Shown here: positions 28,632 through 36,665 of the stretch, piece after piece
Layout of the letters: each line of letters starts with the position of its first letter
How positions within the stretch are numbered: position 1 is the stretch's first letter
Source of the DNA: Syntrophaceae bacterium UBA2280
Lineage (GTDB): Bacteria; Desulfobacterota; Syntrophia; Syntrophales; Smithellaceae
NCBI GenBank assembly: GCA_002347685.1
Contig: DDWS01000001.1
Location: 18,641 to 82,640 of the forward strand
Direction of reading: 5' to 3'
DNA: 64,000 bases
The notes under the pieces: generated by a model
What the model was told of the DNA's origin: nothing
Seen by the model: only the letters and a program-made list of their open reading frames with translations
Database searches by the model: none
Position numbers and translations under genes: made by a program

Positions 28632-28691
28632 TATTTAACCTGACAAACATTGTCCATTAATTCTCATCCTTAGCTATCTTCTTTCATCTAC
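28632..28691. repeat. 60-bp direct repeat, copy 1
   Basis: TATTTAACCTGACAAACATTGTCCATTAATTCTCATCCTTAGCTATCTTCTTTCATCTAC differs from 30316-30374 by 3 mismatches and 1 indel. Confidence 0.9.
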
Positions 28692-28739
28692 AAACAAGTG
28701 ATTGTGAATATTCCGGCTGTTGATGATTACTGTTTGAAG

Positions 28740-28813
28740 GCGCAACGTGGAGCTCACACTGGTGTCTATGGAGCGCAGTGGAATAGCCATCAAGTGCAGT
28801 GGGTTCGTTGGAC
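28740..28813 (-). other. Candidate attC-like recombination site downstream of the caspase-like gene
   Basis: Minus strand GTCCAAC (a perfect RYYYAAC) lies 11 nt after the stop, and GTTGCGC lies at the far end. The arms between them form an imperfect inverted repeat with bulges. Weaker than the 36-42 kb sites. Confidence 0.4.
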
Positions 28814-28824
28814 GACAGCCTCAC

Positions 28825-29799
28825 CTATATTCGATTCTTCGCTACCAATCTCCGGTAGTGCTCTCCCAGGGCTGTAAGTCTGCAAGACTTGCCCTCCATG
28901 GCAGCGTTCCACATGTGTGTGGCACCAACTGGAACGAGTAGGTTCAGGCGGTTGTAGCGTTGCAACACCCCAAAAATGCGCGTATTTTCAGGGATTGGTA
29001 TCGGCATTCCTGGGTCTCGACCTTTCATCTCAGGCTCATAAGTGGGATCAAGGCTATACTCAAAGCCAGGATCGGGAAAAAACTCGGCTAATCGGCGTAA
29101 ATCAGAAATATCTATCGGAGGGGATGACTTTCGCAACGAAACGAACTGTTTGACGTTAGTCTTAAATACTGGTCGCTGCTCCCATGCACCTAAGGATTGA
29201 TCAATGTGCGCGTATACGCTTCCTGGAGTAATGTCTCCGGTAAGGTTAGCCGCACTTCCACTCAGCGCATCCACAAAGAGAGAGGTAAATACCCCCCGCC
29301 CGTTTTCTTCCGTTGCATATTGATCTTTTGTAGATGCGGTTAGAACAGTGAGGCCCTCTGATAAAGTGGCCAACTGGTCGCTGGTTGATGGCGTACCTGC
29401 GATACCCGAGTGACAGCTGTCTAATACGATGACTTTGTTTTTTGCTGGCGAAGCGTTCGCGCAATTCAGAATCTCAGAAAGAGATACTCCTTCATCACCG
29501 CGTTTCGAGTCTGTCGCAAGTAGATAGCCTCCAGACGCTTCAATATGGCCATGACCTGCGAAGTAAAACAAGGCGATATTTGCGTCGGTTTTGAAAAGCT
29601 CCTCAATTCGATCTTTTAGCTCACTGCGATCTACTCGGTCACTCGGACCAGTGCCGGTGAGTAATCGACAATCGAAGTTTACCGCGCCACCATCGTGCCG
29701 TTCAAGAATTGCCTTAACAGCATGAGCATCATCAACACATCCGAATAGTGGGCTACCGTGTGCGTAATAGTTAATGCCAACAATAAGTGCTATTCGCAT
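28825..29799 (-). CDS. Caspase-like (peptidase C14) protease with an uncharacterised C-terminal domain of about 130 aa
   Basis: Catalytic dyad context FYFAGHGH and [10 protein letters not shown]. 324 aa. 18-nt gap after the TIR-like gene. Confidence 0.85.
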   Translation of the reverse strand: MRIALIVGINYYAHGSPLFGCVDDAHAVKAILERHDGGAVNFDCRLLTGTGPSDRVDRSELKDRIEELFKTDANIALFYFAGHGHIEASGGYLLATDSKRGDEGVSLSEILNCANASPAKNKVIVLDSCHSGIAGTPSTSDQLATLSEGLTVLTASTKDQYATEENGRGVFTSLFVDALSGSAANLTGDITPGSVYAHIDQSLGAWEQRPVFKTNVKQFVSLRKSSPPIDISDLRRLAEFFPDPGFEYSLDPTYEPEMKGRDPGMPIPIPENTRIFGVLQRYNRLNLLVPVGATHMWNAAMEGKSCRLTALGEHYRRLVAKNRI

Positions 29800-29817
29800 A
29801 ATAGTTACCTTCCTGTG

Positions 29818-30189
29818 CTAGAGACTATCAATAAATTTCTCGATTGCGGGCCATGTCCATACAACGGTATTTACACCGGATAGATTTGCTCGGTCATCTG
29901 TGTATGCCCATATGCCGAGAATCTTCTTTTTCTCTTCTCGCGCGCAGGCAATCTCCCATTTCTGACCACTTGAGGTAAAGGAGTTCTTACTTACAAGGGC
30001 GATGACACCATCCGAGCGAAGGATCCGCGTGCGAACTCGATCCTTCCAGTTAGAATCGTATGGCTCCTTCACTGACATATCGACGTACTCAAACGGTGAG
30101 TTCGTGTTTAGAGATTGGCCCTTGAGGAAGTCTCTTTGTCTCTCATCTTCGATAGCGAACGCCACAAAAATCACTTTCTTGTCTGCCAT
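29818..30189 (-). CDS. TIR-like domain protein (DUF1863/ThsB-like)
   Basis: KKVIFVAFAIEDERQRDFL...SDGVIALVSKNSFTSSGQKWEIACA...KILGIW. ATG at 30189 is preceded by GGAGAGG (track start 30210 is a GTG inside that SD). Confidence 0.75.
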   Translation of the reverse strand: MADKKVIFVAFAIEDERQRDFLKGQSLNTNSPFEYVDMSVKEPYDSNWKDRVRTRILRSDGVIALVSKNSFTSSGQKWEIACAREEKKKILGIWAYTDDRANLSGVNTVVWTWPAIEKFIDSL

Positions 30190-30315
30190 TTTCCTCTCCT
30201 TTTTATACACAGTTATTTTTTACAGCACTTCCGAGCAAGTTCGCGCCAATTTCGAGAAGCCGAACACCTTGTCATTCGTGAAGTCGAGTGGTGTCATATC
30301 GGCAATTGCCACTTC

Positions 30316-30374
30316 TATTTAACCTGACAGACATTGTCCATTATTCTCATCCTTAGCTATCTTCTTTCACCTAC
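30316..30374. repeat. 60-bp direct repeat, copy 2
   Basis: See 28632-28691. Lies about 125 nt upstream of the TIR-like gene start. Confidence 0.9.
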
Positions 30375-30548
30375 CTATACGCAGCATAATCCGATTTTTA
30401 TATTGATATTGTTATGTTACGTTGTTTTTTAATCATAATTCTAAATCTGTCAAGTTAATTTTATTCCCAGCCACGACTTGTACGGAGTCGGCTGCAGCAA
30501 TTTGTTTCGGCCTGTTCCGCGATCATCCATGGCCCTTCCTATACGCCA

Positions 30549-31637
30549 CTATTCCGGTTGCTGCTGTGGTTGACTTTCTGACCGTTCCATCAGCTTCCTT
30601 TCTGCCTCCGTTTGTTCTTCGTGCCACTTTGACCACTGTGCGTCTTCGTCTTTCAGTAGGTCTGCACTAACTGTTCTCGGTCTCAGACTTGCCATGTTCG
30701 CATCGGGTTTTGCCGCAAAGATAAATCTATGGGCGTGCTCGGCGATGCAGCGTCGTATTATTTCTGCCTGCTCTGAGCTAAACTGTGTTCCACGTTGCGG
30801 CGGTCGTGATCCAACTTGCGTATAAAGGAGGTGGGTTGGACTGATCGGCATGAATATTTCTGTTCCTTTACTTCCCCAACCACCACCGAAATCGTATTTG
30901 CTATGATTGTGAAAATTCAGGCGGACTACGGGATCATCGCTCGTAAACCATTCAGTTCCTTTCGGCGGAGCCATGATTGTCCACCGATGCTGCTGCAGAA
31001 CTTCGGCGGTTTTGGTAAGGAGATGCTTAATGCTAAAAAGCCACAAAGCGCGTCCGACAATGCTCTCCGCTTTTATCGTTCCGAACTCCTGGCCTCGTTG
31101 AATCTCGGTAGTAACACGTATTGGGAAATAGTTTGCCTGAGGAAATGGCGCAATGCGAATTTCTTCTCCACAAGCCTTCATGGACTCCAATTTCTCGACA
31201 GACTTCTCCAAAGTCATTTGAAAGAAGCCCGGGAAAGACTCATACCAACGCCGGAGAAACTCCACCAGTCTTGCTGGAGTTCTCACGTCCTGAGCGGATA
31301 GAAAACGTATCAAGACCCGCCAGTCGGATGGCTGGAGGCGACTGTCTGAAATAACCTTTTGCAGAACCTCTGCGGCAGGCGTCTCGTATTCACGGTCGAA
31401 CCATTTCTCTATCTCGTCAGTTGCGCCTCCCACTGCCAATCTCGTGTATAGATGTGCGTGATAGGCAACTCCTCGAATTGATTTCTCGTTCCATAGAGGT
31501 ACCTTCCCGTGCGAAACAAGCACACGATATAAACACACACGCCCGGGAGAGGATTCCCAAGCTTTAAGGTATTCACAGGGAACGTAGTGGTTGTCATGAT
31601 GAAAATCTGCTTGGGTCAAGAACGCCTCCGAGATCAA
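30549..31637 (-). CDS. DUF4238-like protein (362 aa)
   Basis: N-terminal HHDNHYVPCEYLKAW resembles the HYVPxFYL signature. Later LSAQDVRTP and WFTSDDPV...EIFMPISPTHLL also fit. Confidence 0.6.
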   Translation of the reverse strand: MISEAFLTQADFHHDNHYVPCEYLKAWESSPGRVCLYRVLVSHGKVPLWNEKSIRGVAYHAHLYTRLAVGGATDEIEKWFDREYETPAAEVLQKVISDSRLQPSDWRVLIRFLSAQDVRTPARLVEFLRRWYESFPGFFQMTLEKSVEKLESMKACGEEIRIAPFPQANYFPIRVTTEIQRGQEFGTIKAESIVGRALWLFSIKHLLTKTAEVLQQHRWTIMAPPKGTEWFTSDDPVVRLNFHNHSKYDFGGGWGSKGTEIFMPISPTHLLYTQVGSRPPQRGTQFSSEQAEIIRRCIAEHAHRFIFAAKPDANMASLRPRTVSADLLKDEDAQWSKWHEEQTEAERKLMERSESQPQQQPE

Positions 31638-31662
31638 GTAATGCCTTGACGATTATGTATGG

Positions 31663-31726
31663 GCCGAACAGTAAAGCTCAACCGGTGCGCGCCACGTGCA
31701 CGCAATCGGCTATAGCGAGGTTAGCA
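31663..31726 (-). other. Candidate attC-like site downstream of the 406-aa gene
   Basis: Plus strand GCCGAAC...GTTAGCA flanks imperfect inverted arms GCTCAACCGGTGCGC / GCACGCAATCGGCTATAGC with bulged bases. 64 bp. Confidence 0.5.
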
Positions 31727-31811
31727 GTTTTTTGCCGTTACTTAATATCGATCCCATATGCTTCAACAAAATCGACTATCATTTGTTTTTATTCTCTTTT
31801 GAATTCATTGT

Positions 31812-33032
31812 TCAATAATCTGTATCTAAGCATTTATTTAAAATGTGCCTCATGCACTCGGCACTTACATGCTTACAATTTATTGTTAATTGATCTGAAA
31901 CTTTATCAAATCTTTTAGTCCCATATATTATTCCAAGAGGTCGCCAATAATATTCAAGTTTATTTTGATGCACACACGTTCTGTCCGAACAATCGTCGTG
32001 TTTGGATGACTTTTTGATTAGTTTATTATCAATAGATTCAATCTTCATAGATGATTTATTAAATTTAATTAGGGCATTATGAGTTAATTTATTATCAAAT
32101 GGTAATTTATCGCATAAGAATTCTGCGAAGTCATTTTCAATTATTTTCTGGGATGTGATATATTCATCGAGCATTTTATGATCTTTAAGCTTCCGAACTA
32201 TCTCTTTGTGCTTTTGAATAATGTTAATAAATTCTTCATCGTAAATGTTATCCGGTAGTGAAATATGCCAGTTCAACCCCCCTTTACAGTAATAACGAAA
32301 ATCATCTAAATATTCAGCCGCCTTGATTGGGTCTGTTTCTAATGCAATACTTTTTAGAATAAAACAAACATTCTCAATTTCTGTCAATGCTTTAGCTGCA
32401 TTTTTTTTAGTTACATAAAACCCTTCTGGTACTTCACCCCAGTAATTATCTATCGGTATATTAAATTCTGGAAGCATATCATCATGTGAGACTTCAGAGG
32501 AGAATAAGTTCCAGTTGAGAAATTCTCTGTTTTTTGCAAAATCAGCTTTTATAAGCTGTGTCTCAATTTTATCCAGGGTCTCTCGCCGGGATGTAACCTT
32601 AAATTTATCAGTCTTTATCATTTTCCCTGGCATATAGAACTTTTCGTTTCCGTTATGAATAACTTTTTCACAATTGTCATCTATTTCAGTAGATGTTAAA
32701 AAATACATTAAGGGATTTTCTTCACTTCCTGTATGAACAATTAAAAAAAATTCATCTCTAGGTAGTCCTTGTTTATCAATGACATATTCGCAGTGTATAT
32801 AATGTGAGGTGCTACTTGTTTCAATAAATTTAGCCTGAACAACTCCTAATTTAGGTGCATTCCTGTCCAATATGTTCCTGTTTGTCAGCCTCCTTTGGAT
32901 AATAAAGTCAGCCCCATGAATATCGATAGACCTTTCTAATATCCAGAAACGATCCATTAAAAACGATCTGGTTCTGGCTTCTCCTATCGCTCCATTTTGA
33001 GCAATCTTGATCCAAGCTAGTTTTTTTTCCAT
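31812..33032 (-). CDS. Hypothetical protein with an N-terminal PD-(D/E)xK-like (DUF4365-like) nuclease domain
   Basis: GAIGEARTRSFLMDRFWILERSIDIHGADFIIQ...LGVVQAKF. Very AT-rich 406-aa ORF. Confidence 0.5.
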   Translation of the reverse strand: MEKKLAWIKIAQNGAIGEARTRSFLMDRFWILERSIDIHGADFIIQRRLTNRNILDRNAPKLGVVQAKFIETSSTSHYIHCEYVIDKQGLPRDEFFLIVHTGSEENPLMYFLTSTEIDDNCEKVIHNGNEKFYMPGKMIKTDKFKVTSRRETLDKIETQLIKADFAKNREFLNWNLFSSEVSHDDMLPEFNIPIDNYWGEVPEGFYVTKKNAAKALTEIENVCFILKSIALETDPIKAAEYLDDFRYYCKGGLNWHISLPDNIYDEEFINIIQKHKEIVRKLKDHKMLDEYITSQKIIENDFAEFLCDKLPFDNKLTHNALIKFNKSSMKIESIDNKLIKKSSKHDDCSDRTCVHQNKLEYYWRPLGIIYGTKRFDKVSDQLTINCKHVSAECMRHILNKCLDTDY

Positions 33033-33110
33033 AATACAATTCAGAAATATAAATTTGATTTATCCATTAAACATTGAGCAATATCGTGGTGTTTACGTAA
33101 ATCAAAGCGG

Positions 33111-33353
33111 TTAGCTATTATCTTCGCGCCAATCATAGTTGGCTTTGATTTTCAATATCCCCTTCAATCCTGCCTGCAACGGCTCGGGGTCAAGGGCGTC
33201 AAGTGTGTCATAATATAACTGGTCCTTCCATCGTATCGTCTCGAGCTCATCCCGCAAAAGCGCCTCTCGCCCGGCCTCGTGCTTTGCCTTGAGGCCGGCC
33301 ACCAACTCTCTGGCTCTCTTTTTGTCCTGCTCTGAGATTTTCTCAATCAACAA
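33111..33353 (-). CDS. Hypothetical 80-aa protein occupying the toxin position after a DUF2384 gene
   Basis: Starts 17 nt after the DUF2384-like gene. No RES motif. Charged and helical. Confidence 0.5.
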   Translation of the reverse strand: MLIEKISEQDKKRARELVAGLKAKHEAGREALLRDELETIRWKDQLYYDTLDALDPEPLQAGLKGILKIKANYDWREDNS

Positions 33354-33370
33354 TTATCCACTCACTCTAA

Positions 33371-33766
33371 CTAACGTATCACACCGTGCTCGATCTGGCC
33401 CAACTCATTGAGTACGGCTTCTACTCCACCCGGCTTTAACAGCCACTCCCGGCGGGTGCAATATAGGTCGGGGATCCAAGTGTTAAGATAGGAATCCACT
33501 GCACGCTCAGCCTCAAATACATCCATGGCCCTCTTTTGAATAACAACATGTCTTGCTAGCTGTCGCTTCAGTAATTTTAGCCGGTCCGCAGCACGACTGC
33601 CCCGGGCAGGTCCGAGGGCCTGCTCAATCCGTTCAAGCTTGATAGTCGCAGAGCGGATTGTTTCCGCCATAGTCAGACGATGGTCAGCAGCTTTTTGAAA
33701 AAAGAGATACGTCCGGTGCAAATCTATGTCCGCCTTCTCCAATATTTTTTTACGTTTAGGATCCAT
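33371..33766 (-). CDS. DUF2384-like (MbcA/ParS antitoxin C-terminal domain) protein
   Basis: The C-terminus AVDSYLNTWIPDLYCTRREWLLKPGGVEAVLNELGQIEHGVIR parallels the C-terminus of the 27873-28301 antitoxin. Confidence 0.65.
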   Translation of the reverse strand: MDPKRKKILEKADIDLHRTYLFFQKAADHRLTMAETIRSATIKLERIEQALGPARGSRAADRLKLLKRQLARHVVIQKRAMDVFEAERAVDSYLNTWIPDLYCTRREWLLKPGGVEAVLNELGQIEHGVIR

Positions 33767-33863
33767 GTTGAATACAATAGCCTAAATAGCAAAAAAAGGA
33801 AACTCCCAGATTCACGGACGCTAAGTTCAGTAAGCTAATCAGGCTAATCAAACTAATGGGCGG

Positions 33864-34223
33864 TCACACTTCCACCACGTTGATTAGCAAAATCATTTTT
33901 TTGATCACGTCTTCCAATGTTTCTTTTGGTGCCGCTGAAATATATTTTGCCTGCCTTTTCTCCCACTCCATACTTTTGATCTGATCGGAAAGAATGACAC
34001 CGTCTATTTTATTTTTTACGGTGATTCTGACTTCAAACGGATAACCGTTCATTTTTGATGTTATGGGGCAACAAAGAGCCAGGCCAGCTTTCGCATTATA
34101 CTCTTTTGGTGAAACAACAATTGCGGGGCGATGTCCAGATGGCTCATGCCCGCTTTGAGGGTTAAAAGATAGCCAGATAACATCACCTCGCGCGGGGATA
34201 TATTTACCAGATTTCTTTTCCAA
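33864..34223 (-). CDS. mazF: MazF/PemK-family endoribonuclease toxin
   Basis: GDVIWLSFNPQSGHEPSGHRPAIVVSPKEYN...CPITSK. TTG start overlaps the mazE remnant. Confidence 0.85.
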   Translation of the reverse strand: MEKKSGKYIPARGDVIWLSFNPQSGHEPSGHRPAIVVSPKEYNAKAGLALCCPITSKMNGYPFEVRITVKNKIDGVILSDQIKSMEWEKRQAKYISAAPKETLEDVIKKMILLINVVEV

Positions 34224-34392
34224 CAGGCCCTTCGCTCAATTCTTCTTTATGAATATTTTCATCGTTGATTTGTTCCAACAAATCACTTAATTTTAAGCTG
34301 ATTTTCTTCGGCACGATGACAATTTTATCTTTCTCATTAATCAAATCAACAACCGAACCCTGCTGAAGACCTCACGCGATTTTGCTAATCAT
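34204..34392 (-). pseudogene. mazE-like antitoxin remnant (N-terminally truncated, in-frame TGA)
   Basis: The frame reads MISKIA*GLQQGSVVDLINEKDKIVIVPKK...EGPVGKEIW*. This is the C-terminal two-thirds of an AbrB/MazE-type antitoxin. Its ATG overlaps the Fic stop, codon 7 is TGA, and the N-terminal beta-hairpin is absent. Confidence 0.6.
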
Positions 34393-35594
34393 ATTCTCGT
34401 CGCGGGATATAAATCTGGAAAAAACCAACCAGCGGCATGAACAGGGAACCCCATTCGGACATTCCCCTTGGGGGAATCTGCTACCAGCAGTCCCTCGTCG
34501 ATCAATTGGCCCAAAAGATTTCTTCCCGTGCGTTCCTTTAAACCAGATGCGGTTATAGCCAAACCCCTTGGGATCTCACCCTTCATCAGCACCTCCTGTA
34601 TCATCGGTGCAGCTTCTAATCTTAAAGCGTATTTCCCGATAGGATTGGGGATTAAACCAGCGTCGCGAAACTCAATATATTTTCTCACTCGTTCAACCAA
34701 CTCATCCAATTGCAGCAACCCGGCCATATATTCAGCTTGATCGAGGCATACCTCCAAGAAGAAGCGACAAAATACCATCAAACCATCATTGGACAGATTC
34801 CCTCTACCATCTAAATCATTTTTTCTAGCCACGTCAGCACCAGCCAGCCTTGACTTGTAATCGGTGCTTCTGCGTGCCAACCCACGGCTAACAGACCACA
34901 GCCCAAAACCTTTGACTGGTATCTGATGAAGGTATGCCTCCGTGAAAAGTCGCGCTACGCGACCATTGCCGTCCAAAAACGGATGTATCCACATCAATCG
35001 ATGGTGGGCAGCCGCTGCAGCAACGAGCTTTAAAGCGCCATGATGAATACCCGGCGCATAAGCATCACTGAACCGATCCAAAAGAATTTGTACGGAATCA
35101 TGATCCGGCGGGCGATGACGTCCAACAATGACAGGCTCGTTTCGCAACATTCCAGGAATAACCTGGCTTTCCCTTCCGGTTTTTTCGTCTTTTACAATCC
35201 GGAATCCTTCGGGCAGTTGGCGATAAAATTCCCGATGTAAAAAACAAAGAAATTCGCTTCCAGTGATATTTAATTCCGGGGACTCCCTCAACCTCGTCTC
35301 CATGCAATCCTGCACGAGGACGTGGGCTACGCTTTCCATCTGAAGATCGCGTTTTGCAGGTTCCGAGTCATACTCTTCCTGCATAGCACGGACAATATCG
35401 TAAGGATGTATGTTATGGCCCTCAATGAGATTCGAATAATAACTGTTGATAATCCGAAGGAATATCTTTAGAGATTCAATGGTAATGTCATGCTGACGCC
35501 CGGCAATAGTCGCCGATCTCTGGATAACCTCTAGAGCAATATGCTGAAGCTCTTCCGCCCGCTCGGGCATCAATGGTGTGATTCGCTGCTGCAT
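34389..35594 (-). CDS. Fic/DOC family protein (probable AMPylase)
   Basis: Fic motif HPFLDGNGRVARL. 401 aa. Confidence 0.9.
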   Translation of the reverse strand: MQQRITPLMPERAEELQHIALEVIQRSATIAGRQHDITIESLKIFLRIINSYYSNLIEGHNIHPYDIVRAMQEEYDSEPAKRDLQMESVAHVLVQDCMETRLRESPELNITGSEFLCFLHREFYRQLPEGFRIVKDEKTGRESQVIPGMLRNEPVIVGRHRPPDHDSVQILLDRFSDAYAPGIHHGALKLVAAAAAHHRLMWIHPFLDGNGRVARLFTEAYLHQIPVKGFGLWSVSRGLARRSTDYKSRLAGADVARKNDLDGRGNLSNDGLMVFCRFFLEVCLDQAEYMAGLLQLDELVERVRKYIEFRDAGLIPNPIGKYALRLEAAPMIQEVLMKGEIPRGLAITASGLKERTGRNLLGQLIDEGLLVADSPKGNVRMGFPVHAAGWFFPDLYPATRI

Positions 35595-35662
35595 CTAGTC
35601 CGCCATATTAATATCATTTTTTGCCGATTTACATTTATTACAATTCATTAATAATTTGAGTA

Positions 35663-35950
35663 TCATACTATCACAAATACAGTTGATGCGTTATGATTAT
35701 TGCCGATTATTTTGCCGATCCCTACACCAGTCAGAATATTCCGAAAAAAGGAAGCAACTCTTAGTGAACACACCACGGTATCCTTGTTTTCCAGGGCGAC
35801 TTTCGATTTACGCCAGGCGTCGTTGGTAAGGGTAAGCAGGGCGACCTGATCCCCATTGCTGTCGATCACAGCAAAACAAACCTCGCCGGTGTCCGCCATC
35901 TGGTATAATCGCTTACGGACATACCAGAAGGCGAGGGTTTCAAGGCTCAT
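35663..35950 (-). CDS. Hypothetical protein, possibly a gene fragment
   Basis: 95-aa ORF. The reading frame stays open upstream of the ATG, so it may be a fragment. VCFAVIDSNGDQVALLTL weakly recalls GlcG-like proteins. Confidence 0.3.
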   Translation of the reverse strand: MSLETLAFWYVRKRLYQMADTGEVCFAVIDSNGDQVALLTLTNDAWRKSKVALENKDTVVCSLRVASFFRNILTGVGIGKIIGNNHNASTVFVIV

Positions 35951-36285
35951 GACCGTTTGCTCCCGGTACTTGGCCAGGGCATCCCGGCACGCAAAATACG
36001 CCTCCTGACGGCCCCCTGATGCTCTATTATTTCTTGGTTCAATTTAATTTAATATTTCATTCATCAAAATCCGTTAATGCCGCAATTAAAAGTAAAAAAA
36101 TAATATCTTAAAGATTGATGTTTTTAAGCGCATCTTATTGACGATTCTTCGGTTGATGTTTTGTGAAATAAGGATAGAGGGAAGAGTGGCGAATGTCAAA
36201 ATAACAAGGCGGCTCGTCCGTTTGCATCTACAAGTCAGCACCCATGGTGGATGAAATATTTTACTGATTTGCAATTGTAATAACG

Positions 36286-36446
36286 AGTCTGTAGAATAAC
36301 TCCAAAATAAGATATTCTTGCTATTTTTAGGGGTCTTTTTACCCCTCATCATCGCCAGATCGTCGCTTGTGGAGCATTCTCAGAAATTGATTTTTTAAGC
36401 ATCGTTCCCTGAATGCTGCTTCCTGACTTATTCTACAAGCTCAACG
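36286..36446. mobile_element. 161-bp MITE-like element with 15-bp terminal inverted repeats, copy a
   Basis: Ends are GAGTCTGTAGAATAA ... TTATTCTACAAGCTC, flanked by AACG on both sides. About 10 differences from copies b and c. Confidence 0.8.
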
Positions 36447-36607
36447 AGTCTGTAGAATAACTCCAAAATAAAATATTCTTGCTATTTTTAGGGGTCTTTT
36501 TACCCCTCATCATCGCCAGATCGTCGCTTGTGGGGCATTCTCCGAAGTCGTTTTTTTAAGCATCGTGTCCTGAATACCGCTTCCTGACTTATTCTACAAG
36601 CTCAACG
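36447..36607. mobile_element. 161-bp MITE-like element, copy b (tandem to copy a)
   Basis: By eye identical to copy c at 38685-38845. Directly abuts copy a and shares the AACG junction. Confidence 0.8.
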
Positions 36608-36665
36608 TAAAAATCAGCGGGAGCGTAGCGATCGGCTGGATTGCCTTTGTTATGCATTCATTGTC

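Larger units (their letters stand above)
36278..36655 (-). other. attC site of the HNH cassette, interrupted by two tandem 161-bp elements
   Basis: TAATAACG | insert | TAAAAATCAGCGGGAGCGTAGCGATCGGCTGGATTGCCTTTGTTATGC. Without the insert it aligns with the intact attC at 40085-40141. Confidence 0.75.

Noticed and set aside
30220-30297. 25-codon ORF (MTPLDFTNDKVFGFSKLARTCSEVL) just upstream of the TIR-like gene
   Set aside because: It has no convincing SD and is too short to judge. It is mentioned under the TIR-caspase finding but not called as a gene.
30375-30548. Search for an attC between the DUF4238-like gene and the TIR-like gene
   Set aside because: I found only a GC-rich hairpin (CAGCCGACT/AGTCGTGGCTG) and isolated GTTATGT/GTTACGT strings. 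No AAC...GTT pair with complementary arms is present. Treating the 60-bp repeat as the body of an attC also fails because the arms do not pair.
36086-36352. 88-aa ORF starting with ATGATG inside the 161-bp element and reading out into flanking DNA
   Set aside because: The N-terminal 22 codons are element sequence, present in all three copies, and the rest is arbitrary flank. In copy c the same frame stops after about 36 codons. It is noted only as an outward-facing start within the element.
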